Of a stretch of 14,981 nucleotides of DNA, positions 1-8,222 are shown in pieces. Each line of letters begins with the position of its first letter. The stretch's first letter is position 1. The position numbers and the translations under genes are program-made. Origin of the DNA: Fidelibacterota bacterium (lineage in GTDB: Bacteria > Fidelibacterota > Marinisomatia > Marinisomatales > S15-B10); NCBI GenBank assembly GCA_046861655.1, contig JBHIAI010000036.1, positions 1-14,981 of the forward strand, given 5' to 3'. A model generated the notes under the pieces. That model made no database searches and had not been told where the DNA came from. It saw nothing but the letters and a program-made list of their open reading frames with translations.

Positions 1-12
1 CAGGAGAAACCC

Positions 13-2445
13 ATGACTGACAATGACCTGAGAATAGGGGTATTTGTCTGCGAGTGCGGCACCAACATCGCAGGGTCACTGGATTGCGATGAAGTCACAG
101 GATTTTCGTCCACGCTTCCCGATGTGGCCTTTGCCGTGAAGAACAGATACACCTGTTCAGAACCGGGTCAGGAAGAGATCAAGAAGGCCATCAAGGAGCA
201 CGATCTTAACCGTGTTGTTGTGGCCTCGTGCACCCCTCGGATGCACGAACCGACGTTCCGACAATGTGTCTCCGAGGCAGGGCTCAATCCCTACCTCATG
301 GACATGGCCAACATACGGGAGCACTGCAGCTGGGTTCATCTGGACGACTGGGACGGTGCCACCCAAAAGGCAAAGGATATCGTGAAGGCGGCGGTGGCAA
401 GGGCAAGATACCTTAAACCCCAGGTTGAAACGGAGGTCCCAGTTGTGAAGGACGTGCTGGTTATCGGGGGCGGGGTGGCCGGTATCCAGGCCTCCCTTGA
501 TCTCGCCGATGCAGGGTATCAGGTCCATCTGGTAGAAAAGGAGGCGTCCCTCGGTGGGATCATGGCCACCCTGGATAAGACCTTTCCCACCATGGACTGT
601 TCCATATGAATACTCGGACCGAAGATGATGGATGTCGGTCGACATCCCCGAATCAACCTGCTGACCTACAGTGAAGTAGAGGATATCTCAGGACATATCG
701 GCAACTTCCACGCCACCGTACGGAAGAAGGCCAAGTATGTGGACGAAGACGAATGCAATGCTTGCGGTGAATGCGAAATCGTGTGTCCGGTAGCGGTTCC
801 CGATGAATTCCAGCAGGGATTTTCATCCCGGAAGGCAATCTATATGCCCTTTCCCCAGGCCGTCCCCTCCAGTTTCATCCTGAACATGAACGACTGTCTG
901 GGACAGAATCCCATCGCCTGCGGGAAATGTGCGGATGTGTGTGACAAGGACTGCATCGATTTCGACATGAAAGACGAGATCGTCAAGCTGGATGCCGGGG
1001 CCATCATCGTGGCCACTGGAATGGACGTATACGATCCCACCGAACTGGACGAATATGGCTACACGCGCTTCGAGAATGTCATCACAAGCATGGAATTCGA
1101 AAGATTGATTTCCGCAGGGGGTCCCACGGAAGGTCACTTCATTCGACCCACGGACAGAAAGACTCCAGAGCGAATGGCATTTATTCAGTGCGTGGGGTCC
1201 CGTTCCTTGAGTGGGAGGGGTAACCCTTACTGCAGCACTATTTGCTGCATGAATACCATAAAGGACAGCCTGCTCATCAAGGACCATCATCCTGACACGG
1301 ACATCAAGGTTTTCTACATAGACATCCGGGCATACGGAAAGGGATTTGAGGACCTGTACCGAAGGAGTAAGCAACTGGGGGTTGAGTATATCAGAGGGCT
1401 GCCCGGTGAGGTTTTTGAAGATCCTGACACAAGGAACATCACGTTGGCAGTTGAAGATTCGGCCACGGGAACGGTGGAAGATTACGAATTCGACATGGTG
1501 GTCCTGGCCGTTGGTGTAATCCCCCGGAAGGACAGCGAGGTCATCAGAAATCTACTTTCCCTTTCCCGTTCTGAGGATGGGTTTTTCATGGAAGCTCACC
1601 CCAAACTCAAGCCCGTGGAGGCGCCCACCGGTGGTATCTATTTCGCCGGTGCGGTGGAGTCCCCCAAGGATGTCAAGGAAAGTGTCACCCAGGCCAGCGC
1701 GGCATCTTCCCGGGCGCAGATTCTTCTGAACGCCGGCCAGATCCGTATTGAGGCCATCACGTCCGAATGTCTGACCGACCTCTGCACAGGGTGCAACGTC
1801 TGTGTCAAGGTATGTCCGTTCAATGCCATCATAGAGGGCGATGCCAAAGCCAGGATCCCGGTGGAAATGATTGAAGCCGCCTGTCAGGGGTGCGGGACCT
1901 GCGCTGCCGAGTGCAATTTTGACGCTATCCTCATGCGGCACTTCGAGGACGCCCAGATTATTGCCCAGATTGATGCCATTACAGAGGACTATCCCATGGA
2001 AAAGATCGTGGTATTCGCTTGCAACTGGTGCTCCTATGCCGGTGCGGACCTGGCGGGTCTTTCCAGGATGCAGGTTCCCCGGTCTCAACGGATCATCCGG
2101 ACTATGTGCAGCGGCCGGGTCGATTCCAGGTTCGTCCTGTACGCCTTTGAAAGAGGAGCACCCATCGTTCTGGTATCCGGCTGCCACTTCGCGGACTGCC
2201 ACTATATCGATGCGAACAGGTGGACCCAGAAACGGGTGGACAAGCTGTGGGACAAACTGGAAAACATGGGCATCCGGCCTGAGCGACTCCAGCTGGAATG
2301 GATCAGTGCGGCCGAAAGCGGTAAGTGGGTCCAAACCATGGTCGATCTGGAGGAGATGCGGAAACAGGTTTCGGCAGAGGAAGTGGAATTTACGCGAAAG
2401 GTCTTGAGGGTTCATAAGCGCAGGATTCCAGCCCTATCCTCCTGA
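13..2445 (+). CDS. hdrA: Heterodisulfide reductase subunit A (HdrA)-MvhD fusion flavoprotein, 810 aa, with probable selenocysteine at codon 199 (TGA 607-609)
   Basis: ORFs 13..609 and 625..2445 share a frame and join as TFPTMDCSI-[TGA]-ILGPKMMDVGRHP, matching the HdrA motif FPTxDCxxCILxPKM. N-terminal motifs CECG, CSEPG, ASCTPRMHE, NIREHCSWVH. FAD motif GGGVAG. Ferredoxin motifs CNACGECEIVCP, CTGCNVCVKVCP, CQGCGTCAAEC. Also FIQCVGSR and YCSTICC. From ~1996 an MvhD-like domain (FACNWCSYAGAD, MCSGRVD, SGCHFADCHY, WISAAE). RBS AGGAG at 2-6. Confidence 0.93.
610..651 (+). promoter_or_regulatory. Putative bacterial SECIS element directly downstream of the in-frame UGA
   Basis: Perfect 7-bp stem GGATGTC (630-636) / GACATCC (641-647) with a GGTC loop (637-640) starting 27 nt after the UGA. 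Possible lower pairing TCGG (614-617) / CCGA (648-651). A G at the start of the loop and this spacing fit the bacterial SECIS model. Confidence 0.72.
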
Positions 2446-2470
2446 CAGCGGACTGGCGAGGATCTGCAGA

Positions 2471-2626
2471 ATGGACGAAGTGGATTTCAGATGTTTGCGA
2501 TGCGGGCACGAGTTCAGGGGACCGTATGACAGGAAGATCCCCATGGAACGGACATGCCCCAGATGTTCAAGCAACAGTGTGAGAAAAACCGGTAAGACTT
2601 CCAGGAAACCGGAGGAGAAATCATGA
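2471..2626 (+). CDS. Small zinc-ribbon / rubredoxin-like protein, 51 aa (FmdB-like), absent from the ORF track
   Basis: Manual translation: MDEVDFRCLRCGHEFRGPYDRKIPMERTCPRCSSNSVRKTGKTSRKPEEKS*. Two CxxC knuckles (CLRCGHEF, CPRCSS). RBS GAGGA at 2458-2462. Its stop overlaps the next start (ATGA 2623-2626). Confidence 0.85.
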   Translation: MDEVDFRCLRCGHEFRGPYDRKIPMERTCPRCSSNSVRKTGKTSRKPEEKS

Positions 2627-3204
2627 AGAGGGAAAAGAGCGATTTTTTCCGGGCCTTCGTTAGGGTAAGCAAAGCCATCAGTTCAACACTTGAACTGAAA
2701 GAGGTTCTCCATCTGATCCTGGAGAGTGCCGTGGAAAGACTGGGTCTAAAGGCGGGCGCCGTCAGCCTGTGGAACAAACCGACGAATCGACTCGAAATGA
2801 TCGCTCATCTGAACCTTAGCCAGGAGTTTCTGAACAAGGGACCCGTGTACGCGGACAGGAGCATGCCCCGGGCCCTCACCGCGAAAAAACCGGTTATCAT
2901 CCCCAATATTGAACACGATGACCAACTGCAATATCCAGAAGCCTGCAGAAAAGAAGGAATCCAGGCACTCCTTTCCATACCCATCATTTTCAAGGATGAT
3001 GTCATCGGTGTCCTCCGGCTATTCGACTCCCGGATTCGCCAGTTCACAGGGGAAGAAGTTGAGTTCATGGTGGCCCTGGCTGAGCAGGGGGGAGTCGCCA
3101 TCAAGAATGCCCTCATCATGGACCAATTGAAAAAGGATCATCAGCGGGAGATGGATGATTTGTGGGACTGGTTTAGCGACATGGTGGAAACGCCCCGGTA
3201 CTGA
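2623..3204 (+). CDS. Stand-alone GAF domain protein, 193 aa
   Basis: GAF hallmarks: ISSTLELKEVLHLILESA, EGIQALLSIPI..KDDVIGVLRL, FTGEEVEFMVALAEQGGVAIKNA. Strong RBS GGAGGAG at 2611-2617. No kinase, cyclase or HTH domain follows. Confidence 0.88.
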   Translation: MKREKSDFFRAFVRVSKAISSTLELKEVLHLILESAVERLGLKAGAVSLWNKPTNRLEMIAHLNLSQEFLNKGPVYADRSMPRALTAKKPVIIPNIEHDDQLQYPEACRKEGIQALLSIPIIFKDDVIGVLRLFDSRIRQFTGEEVEFMVALAEQGGVAIKNALIMDQLKKDHQREMDDLWDWFSDMVETPRY

Positions 3205-3350
3205 TCCCCAGTGGATACTCTTACGGCGATGCGCGTTATGGGCTTTACACTCGCAGGAATCATTGCCGCGGGGGAGGTGAGTGAGAAAACCAGTCGCCTC
3301 GGGAGAGGGATCGGACCCCCTGGGTCCTGACGGCTTCGTCCGAAGGGGGT

Positions 3351-3392
3351 GGAAAACAAAACGGCCCGCCAGCAGGCGGGCCGTTCTTCTTC
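3351..3392. terminator. Rho-independent terminator, probably bidirectional
   Basis: 11-bp perfect stem AACGGCCCGCC (3360-3370) / GGCGGGCCGTT (3375-3385) with loop AGCA. The A-rich left flank gives a U-tract on the minus strand (citrate synthase) and the right flank is T-rich. It lies between convergent genes. Confidence 0.85.
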
Positions 3393-3413
3393 AGGTCCGT
3401 TCAGGATGAGGGA

Positions 3414-4688
3414 TCACTTCCGCTTCTCTATGGGGACGTAGTCCGTTAGGGTATTCCCCGTATAGATTTGGCGGGGCCGGTATATCCTTCTCTTAGGATC
3501 GTCGCGCATTTCCTTCCACTGGGCGATCCACCCCGGCAGTCTTCCCAGGGCAAACATGACGGTGAACATCTGGGTTGGAATGCCCATGGCCCGGTAGATA
3601 ATCCCGGAGTAGAAGTCCACGTTCGGATAGAGCCTCCGGTCGATGAAGAACTCATCTTTTAGGGCTATTTCCTCGAGCTCCGTGGCGATTTCAAGCAGCG
3701 GGTCGGTGACTCCCAGTTTCTGGAAGAGCCGGTCTGCCGCCCCTTTCAGGATTTTCGCCCGGGGATCGAAGTTCTTGTACACTCGGTGCCCGAATCCAAA
3801 CAGCTTGAAGTCAGAGCCCTTATCCTTGGCCATATCCACGTATTTCTGGTAATTCATTTTATCGTCCCTGATCATCCTCAGCATTTCGATAACCTTCTGG
3901 TTGGCGCCGCCGTGAAGCCGTCCCCACAGGGCAGCAATACCGCCGGCAATGGAGATAAACAGATTGGCCTCGCTGCTTCCCACCATTCGAACGGTGGACG
4001 TGGAGCAGTTTTGTTCGTGATCCGCGTGGAGTATGAGGATTAGCCGCAGGGCGTCTGTTACCACAGGATCAACCTCGTACTCTGCGGAGGGAACGGCAAA
4101 CATGGTATACAGGAAGTTCTCCTCAAACCCAAGATCATCCCGGGGATAGACGAAAGGCTGACCGATGGATTTCTTGTAGGCAAAAGCCGCCAGGGTCTTC
4201 AGTTTGGCAAGAATCCGCACGATGTTCAAGTCCATATCCGTCTCCTCTTCACCGGGATAGAACGTGGACAGGGCGGCCACCGTGGACGCCATGACCCCCA
4301 TGGGATGGGCATTCATGGGATAGCCGTCGAAGAACCGCTTGAAATCCTCGTGAATCATGGAATGGTGGGCCACCTGATCCGAGAAGTCATCCAGCTCCTT
4401 CCTGGTGGGAAGATGCCCGTAGATAACGAGGTAGCACACCTCCACGAAGGTGGAGTTTTCGGCGAGTTGCTCTATGGGGATGCCCCGGTACCTGAGTATC
4501 CCTTCCTCTCCATTGATGAAGGTGATTTTGCTGGAACAGGACCCCGTATTCCCGTAGGCGGGGTCGAATGTGATGTATCCGGTGTGAGTCCTCAGTTTGG
4601 TCACATCGATTCCCCTCTCACCTTCCGAGCCTTCAATGATCGGGATTTCCACCGTTTGATCCTCAAGAACAAGTTTTGCAGATTTCAT
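3414..4688 (-). CDS. gltA: Citrate synthase, 424 aa (GltA type)
   Basis: Motifs DPAYGNTGSC, GILRYRG, HPM, LHADHEQNCST, LHGGAN, GFGHRVYKNFDPRA, YPNVDFYSG, RPRQIY. RBS GGGAG upstream of the ATG. Confidence 0.97.
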   Translation of the reverse strand: MKSAKLVLEDQTVEIPIIEGSEGERGIDVTKLRTHTGYITFDPAYGNTGSCSSKITFINGEEGILRYRGIPIEQLAENSTFVEVCYLVIYGHLPTRKELDDFSDQVAHHSMIHEDFKRFFDGYPMNAHPMGVMASTVAALSTFYPGEEETDMDLNIVRILAKLKTLAAFAYKKSIGQPFVYPRDDLGFEENFLYTMFAVPSAEYEVDPVVTDALRLILILHADHEQNCSTSTVRMVGSSEANLFISIAGGIAALWGRLHGGANQKVIEMLRMIRDDKMNYQKYVDMAKDKGSDFKLFGFGHRVYKNFDPRAKILKGAADRLFQKLGVTDPLLEIATELEEIALKDEFFIDRRLYPNVDFYSGIIYRAMGIPTQMFTVMFALGRLPGWIAQWKEMRDDPKRRIYRPRQIYTGNTLTDYVPIEKRK

Positions 4689-4804
4689 TTTGATCTCCCA
4701 TTCATTTTAGCCGAGCGTCTGTGATGCTCTAAAGGGACTTACATGTCCGCTTAAATTTAGCTCATTTCCCCGTAAGCCGAAAGCCTTCCTGGAAAACGGA
4801 AGAC

Positions 4805-4833
4805 TTGACCGTCATTCCGGGATAACCTACATT
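4805..4833 (+). promoter_or_regulatory. Putative sigma70-type promoter for the USP gene
   Basis: TTGACC (4805-4810), 17-nt spacer, TACATT (4828-4833), ending 28 nt before the ATG at 4862. Confidence 0.55.
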
Positions 4834-4861
4834 TCCCAGGGTTAATCATACGGATTACTGC

Positions 4862-5332
4862 ATGACGGAACCTCCCGAATTCAAGAAAATCCTGGTCACC
4901 ACCGATTTTTCCGACTATTCCAAGTACGCCTTTCAACATGCCATATCCATAGCGAGAAAATTCGATGCGGATCTCATCCTCATGCACGTTATCCAGCCCA
5001 CCATCACCCCCGCGGATTACGCCTGGGCTTCTCCCCCGCCCGATGTGGCCAGTCAGCATGAAAAATACTGCCGGGAATCGCTGTCCAAACTGGTGAAGGA
5101 ACGGATTCCAGAAGATATCAGAGCTGAGACTCTCCTTGCCCACGGGGCTCCTTTTCGGGAAATCATTGAGGCCATCCGGAAAAACAGTGTGGATCTGATC
5201 GTCATGGCCACCCACGGACTGGGAGGTTTGAGCCACGTTCTTTTCGGAAGTACCACGGAAAAAGTCGTTCGTAAGTCCCCCTGCCCGGTCCTGACCGTCA
5301 GACACCCTGAGCACACCTTCAAAATGCCGTAG
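4862..5332 (+). CDS. Universal stress protein (UspA family), 156 aa
   Basis: KKILVTTDFSDYS..A, LILMHV, DLIVMATHG..G..HVLFGSTTEKVVRKSPCPVLTV (G-2x-G-..-GS motif of ATP-binding type USPs). Confidence 0.95.
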   Translation: MTEPPEFKKILVTTDFSDYSKYAFQHAISIARKFDADLILMHVIQPTITPADYAWASPPPDVASQHEKYCRESLSKLVKERIPEDIRAETLLAHGAPFREIIEAIRKNSVDLIVMATHGLGGLSHVLFGSTTEKVVRKSPCPVLTVRHPEHTFKMP

Positions 5333-5344
5333 GACCCCGGGCCA

Positions 5345-6076
5345 CTACCGGTAGGGAGACTTCTGAACAAGCTCCCTGGCCCTTTCCAGATCTTCCAGGA
5401 AGTCAATCTCTATGCTGGGCAGGTCCGAAATGTCCACGTAGGAGACGTTTGATGTGGCGAGAAGAGGATGGACGGCGGCTTCAAAATAATCCGCCTTTCC
5501 CCCGGCTTCCACGAGATCGGTCAACGATTGGGACAGTTTCCCGTTGAAGGATCGGGAGAACTTCGCCACTCCGATGAATTCTCCCAGTGAATTCTCTTGA
5601 ATCAATTCCTTGCCGATAGCCACAATCCTGTCCCCGTCCCCGGCAATGACTTTCACCTCCTCCCGACCGCACGGTTTCGGTTCCACCGCCAGAACATTGC
5701 TGGCGGGAGAATGAAGTACCCTTTGTATCAGGGACTCCGGGAACAGGACATCGGCGTTCATCAGAAGAATATCCGATTCACGAATGGTCTCGCGGCAAAG
5801 ATAGAGGGAATACGCCGTATTGGTCTCGAAGAAGTGATCATTGGTGATCACGGAAAATGTCATTTCGGGAAAGCTGTGTTCCGCATGGGCCACCACCATC
5901 TCGCGGAAGTATCCTACGACCAGGACAACATGAGAAACACCCAGGGACTGGAGGGCCTCAAGCTGGTAGTCAATGATGGGTTTTTCTCCTACTTCCAGAA
6001 GGCATTTGGGCCTGTCGTACGTAAGGGGATACAGCCTGCGGGCCACTCCCGCGGCCAGGATAACCGCCACCATCAT
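5345..6076 (-). CDS. Phosphocholine/phosphonate cytidylyltransferase-like nucleotidyltransferase (LicC/PntC-like), 243 aa
   Basis: AVILAAGVARRL.PLT..PKCLL, VVGY, TNTAYSLY, LMNADV, EEVKV, GEFIGV, EIDF.EDL.RA. The start overlaps the upstream stop (ATGA 6073-6076). Confidence 0.8.
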   Translation of the reverse strand: MMVAVILAAGVARRLYPLTYDRPKCLLEVGEKPIIDYQLEALQSLGVSHVVLVVGYFREMVVAHAEHSFPEMTFSVITNDHFFETNTAYSLYLCRETIRESDILLMNADVLFPESLIQRVLHSPASNVLAVEPKPCGREEVKVIAGDGDRIVAIGKELIQENSLGEFIGVAKFSRSFNGKLSQSLTDLVEAGGKADYFEAAVHPLLATSNVSYVDISDLPSIEIDFLEDLERARELVQKSPYR

Positions 6077-7179
6077 GCTGCCTTTCTCCCGGATTCCCGG
6101 AGCCTGGTCTCGACGGTATCCACAAGCCGGCTGGATGCCCTTCCGTCGATTCTATAAAGATATCTGTCCCGGGCCACACGTCTGGCCTCTTCAAGATTGT
6201 GGGGATCCTCCAGTGCTTCTTCCGTCACTCGTACCAGATCCTCAGGACGGGCGAGAGGATGGGTGAAATCAACCTCCCGGGCCCGGAGAGAATCCAGTTT
6301 TTTTGCCAGCCGGGATGGGAACAATCGATGCTTCAATTTGAGGGAGAAGAAATGAGTCTGAATGATGGGCCGGTTCAGGGCTAGATACTCGAACAACGTG
6401 GAAGAAATGTCTGAAATCAGAGCATCGGACGCCACATAAAAAGGAAGTATGTTGTACTCCTCTTTCGGAAGAAGACAGATGCCCGCGTTCCCCCGGGCCA
6501 CATTCTCGGCCTTCCTGCTTTGATGCTCAAACCGGTGCTTAAACCAGCTAAAGTTATGGAGCTTGATTATCACGTTCGCCTTTCTGGCCAGAACTGGCAG
6601 GAAGGGCAAGACTTTTTCCAGGGACGAAGGATAGAAAGTGGGAGCGTACAGGACCGTTCTCCTGGATGGATCGAGTCCCCAGTCCTCCAGGTTGGGACCG
6701 GGATGACTCTTCATCAAGCGGGAAATGGGATCCAGTTTCGTAAAGCCCACCAGGGCCAGATTATCGGCGCCCTGGACTTTCAAATCCCGGAACCTGGACT
6801 CACTTTCTACCGCCCGGATATCGACCCGGGGGACCGTATCCCTGTAGTAACTCCATTTCAGTCCAATCCCGTGGTAGATCATGACCGTTACGGCCGGGTC
6901 AGTAGCAATATCTTCCAGCTTTCCGACGTTGCCCACCACGATCACGTCAAAGCCTCGATCCCGGAGCCGCGTCACCCGGTCGTCTTCCGAACCGGCAGTA
7001 ATAAACTCGACCTGGAGGTTGGCTGACGCTTTCTCAAGGAGGACCTGTTCCCACGGATCCACCGTCGTGGGCATGGACAGGGAAACGGCGTACCCACCCC
7101 GGTTCTTGAGTTCTTCAATCACCGGCCTGAACTGGGGAAGGTAGTAGAGGTGCTGCGTTTCAAAAAGAACGGTGATCAC
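6073..7179 (-). CDS. CDP-glycerol glycerophosphotransferase (TagB/TagF-like) family protein, 368 aa; start revised to GTG 7179
   Basis: Motifs IYHGIGLK, GFTKLD, LYAPTF, KLH, ISDISS..FEY..L.RP. GTG 7179-7177 overlaps the upstream stop (GTGA). The N-terminus VITVLFETQHLYYLPQF aligns with the paralog start PITVVFDAYHLYHLPQF. Confidence 0.85.
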   Translation of the reverse strand: MITVLFETQHLYYLPQFRPVIEELKNRGGYAVSLSMPTTVDPWEQVLLEKASANLQVEFITAGSEDDRVTRLRDRGFDVIVVGNVGKLEDIATDPAVTVMIYHGIGLKWSYYRDTVPRVDIRAVESESRFRDLKVQGADNLALVGFTKLDPISRLMKSHPGPNLEDWGLDPSRRTVLYAPTFYPSSLEKVLPFLPVLARKANVIIKLHNFSWFKHRFEHQSRKAENVARGNAGICLLPKEEYNILPFYVASDALISDISSTLFEYLALNRPIIQTHFFSLKLKHRLFPSRLAKKLDSLRAREVDFTHPLARPEDLVRVTEEALEDPHNLEEARRVARDRYLYRIDGRASSRLVDTVETRLRESGRKAA

Positions 7180-8222
7180 GGCCTCAGCCCCATCATCCGG
7201 CGAACCTTCCACTTTCGCACCAGGTTCAACGGCTTTTTCTTCAGTTTCAGGTGGAGACCGTTCTGCAGCACGTTCTCGATGGATTCCAGTACTCTTCGGG
7301 ATGAATTCCCATCCCTGTAGGGATGGATTTGGTCCAGGATCCGTCTGCGGTTTTCTTTCCATTTTTCCGGCGCTTTCAGAGATTCTTCAATGGCTGCCGG
7401 GAGGTCGTCTGGTTCCAGGATATTGGTACCCTTGTCCAGGTGAGCTCCTGCCCGGTAGGTCACCACGGGACGGTCCAGCATCAGGAATTCGTAGGCGACC
7501 GAAGAAGTGTCGGTGATGAGTAGATCCGCCGCCCTTAGGAGGGGCAGGACGTCCTGGGCGGTGGCGACACGAAGGGTCCCAGACTCGAGCTCTGTGTAGT
7601 CCTTCACCGTACGAGGATTCGCCAGAGCGTGAAACTTGACCACCCACTGATAGGATCCTGAGGCAAGGGACCTGATAACGGGAAAAAGATCGGGTGCGGA
7701 GGTATACGCTGGCCTGAAGTTGGGGGCATAAAGAATCACCGGTAATCCGGGAGTCAGTCCGAGTTCCTTGAGTATGGCCTCCCGTTTCTTCGGTTTCACA
7801 AGAGGGTCGAGTTTCGGCCACCCGGTTTGAGCCACCATGAAATGACCGGATTTTCCGGCCAGCCCCACGTACCGCCGGGTTATCCTGGGCCCGGGCGTAC
7901 AGTACAGGTCGAAGAAGCCGGTCACGCGGTAGTATCCCTTTTTCTCTTCACTCAAGCTATGGAACAGGTGTACTTTGACTCCGGGCCAGGTGTGAGGAAC
8001 CACATTCCCCGGAACCAGGATCGCGTCCGGACGAAACTTATCTACCTCTTCCGGGTTCTCCAGGGACTCTCCGGGGGGATTATGGTCCCGGGCGGTGCTG
8101 GCCGTGAACCACCGGACCTCTCCCCGGGTCTGTTCCCGCACGAACTTTTCCACCGGTTCCAGAATCGGGAAGGAGTATGGCCTGGTGACGAACATCAGAT
8201 AACGGCGGGACGGAAACTTCAC
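7176..8222 (-). CDS. CDP-glycerol glycerophosphotransferase (TagB/TagF-like) family protein, 348 aa
   Basis: Motifs VHLFHS, TGWPKLD, LYAPNF, KFH, ADLLITDTSSVAYEF..LDRP, DGNSSRRV. The GTG start directly follows the upstream stop. Confidence 0.85.
   Translation of the reverse strand: MKFPSRRYLMFVTRPYSFPILEPVEKFVREQTRGEVRWFTASTARDHNPPGESLENPEEVDKFRPDAILVPGNVVPHTWPGVKVHLFHSLSEEKKGYYRVTGFFDLYCTPGPRITRRYVGLAGKSGHFMVAQTGWPKLDPLVKPKKREAILKELGLTPGLPVILYAPNFRPAYTSAPDLFPVIRSLASGSYQWVVKFHALANPRTVKDYTELESGTLRVATAQDVLPLLRAADLLITDTSSVAYEFLMLDRPVVTYRAGAHLDKGTNILEPDDLPAAIEESLKAPEKWKENRRRILDQIHPYRDGNSSRRVLESIENVLQNGLHLKLKKKPLNLVRKWKVRRMMGLRP

Noticed and set aside
13..609. hdrA as a pseudogene, or as two separate genes (13..609 and 625..2445)
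   Set aside because: The break is a single in-frame TGA at a conserved Cys position. The intervening codons are conserved, a SECIS-like hairpin follows, and there is no other sign of decay.
607..609. Genome-wide UGA reassignment (genetic code 4 or 25)
   Set aside because: TGA ends hdrA (2443-2445), the GAF gene, gltA, the msbA-like gene and the groES-like gene at plausible C-termini, and no other gene here needs readthrough.
1552..2415. Long antisense or alternate-frame ORFs (e.g. 1552..2415 -, 1871..2407 +, 4757..5314 -, 7827..8672 +, 13417..14046 +)
   Set aside because: They overlap well-supported genes and have no motifs. Such shadow ORFs are expected in GC-rich coding DNA.
3281..3409. 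42-aa GTG-start ORF behind a perfect SD-like GGAGGTGA
   Set aside because: The SD-start spacing is too short, the ORF runs through the terminator hairpin, and the peptide has no recognisable features.
7180..7362. 61-aa N-terminal extension of ORF 6073..7362
   Set aside because: It lies wholly within the upstream paralog and looks non-globular. The GTG at 7179 gives a GTGA overlap and matches the paralog's N-terminus.
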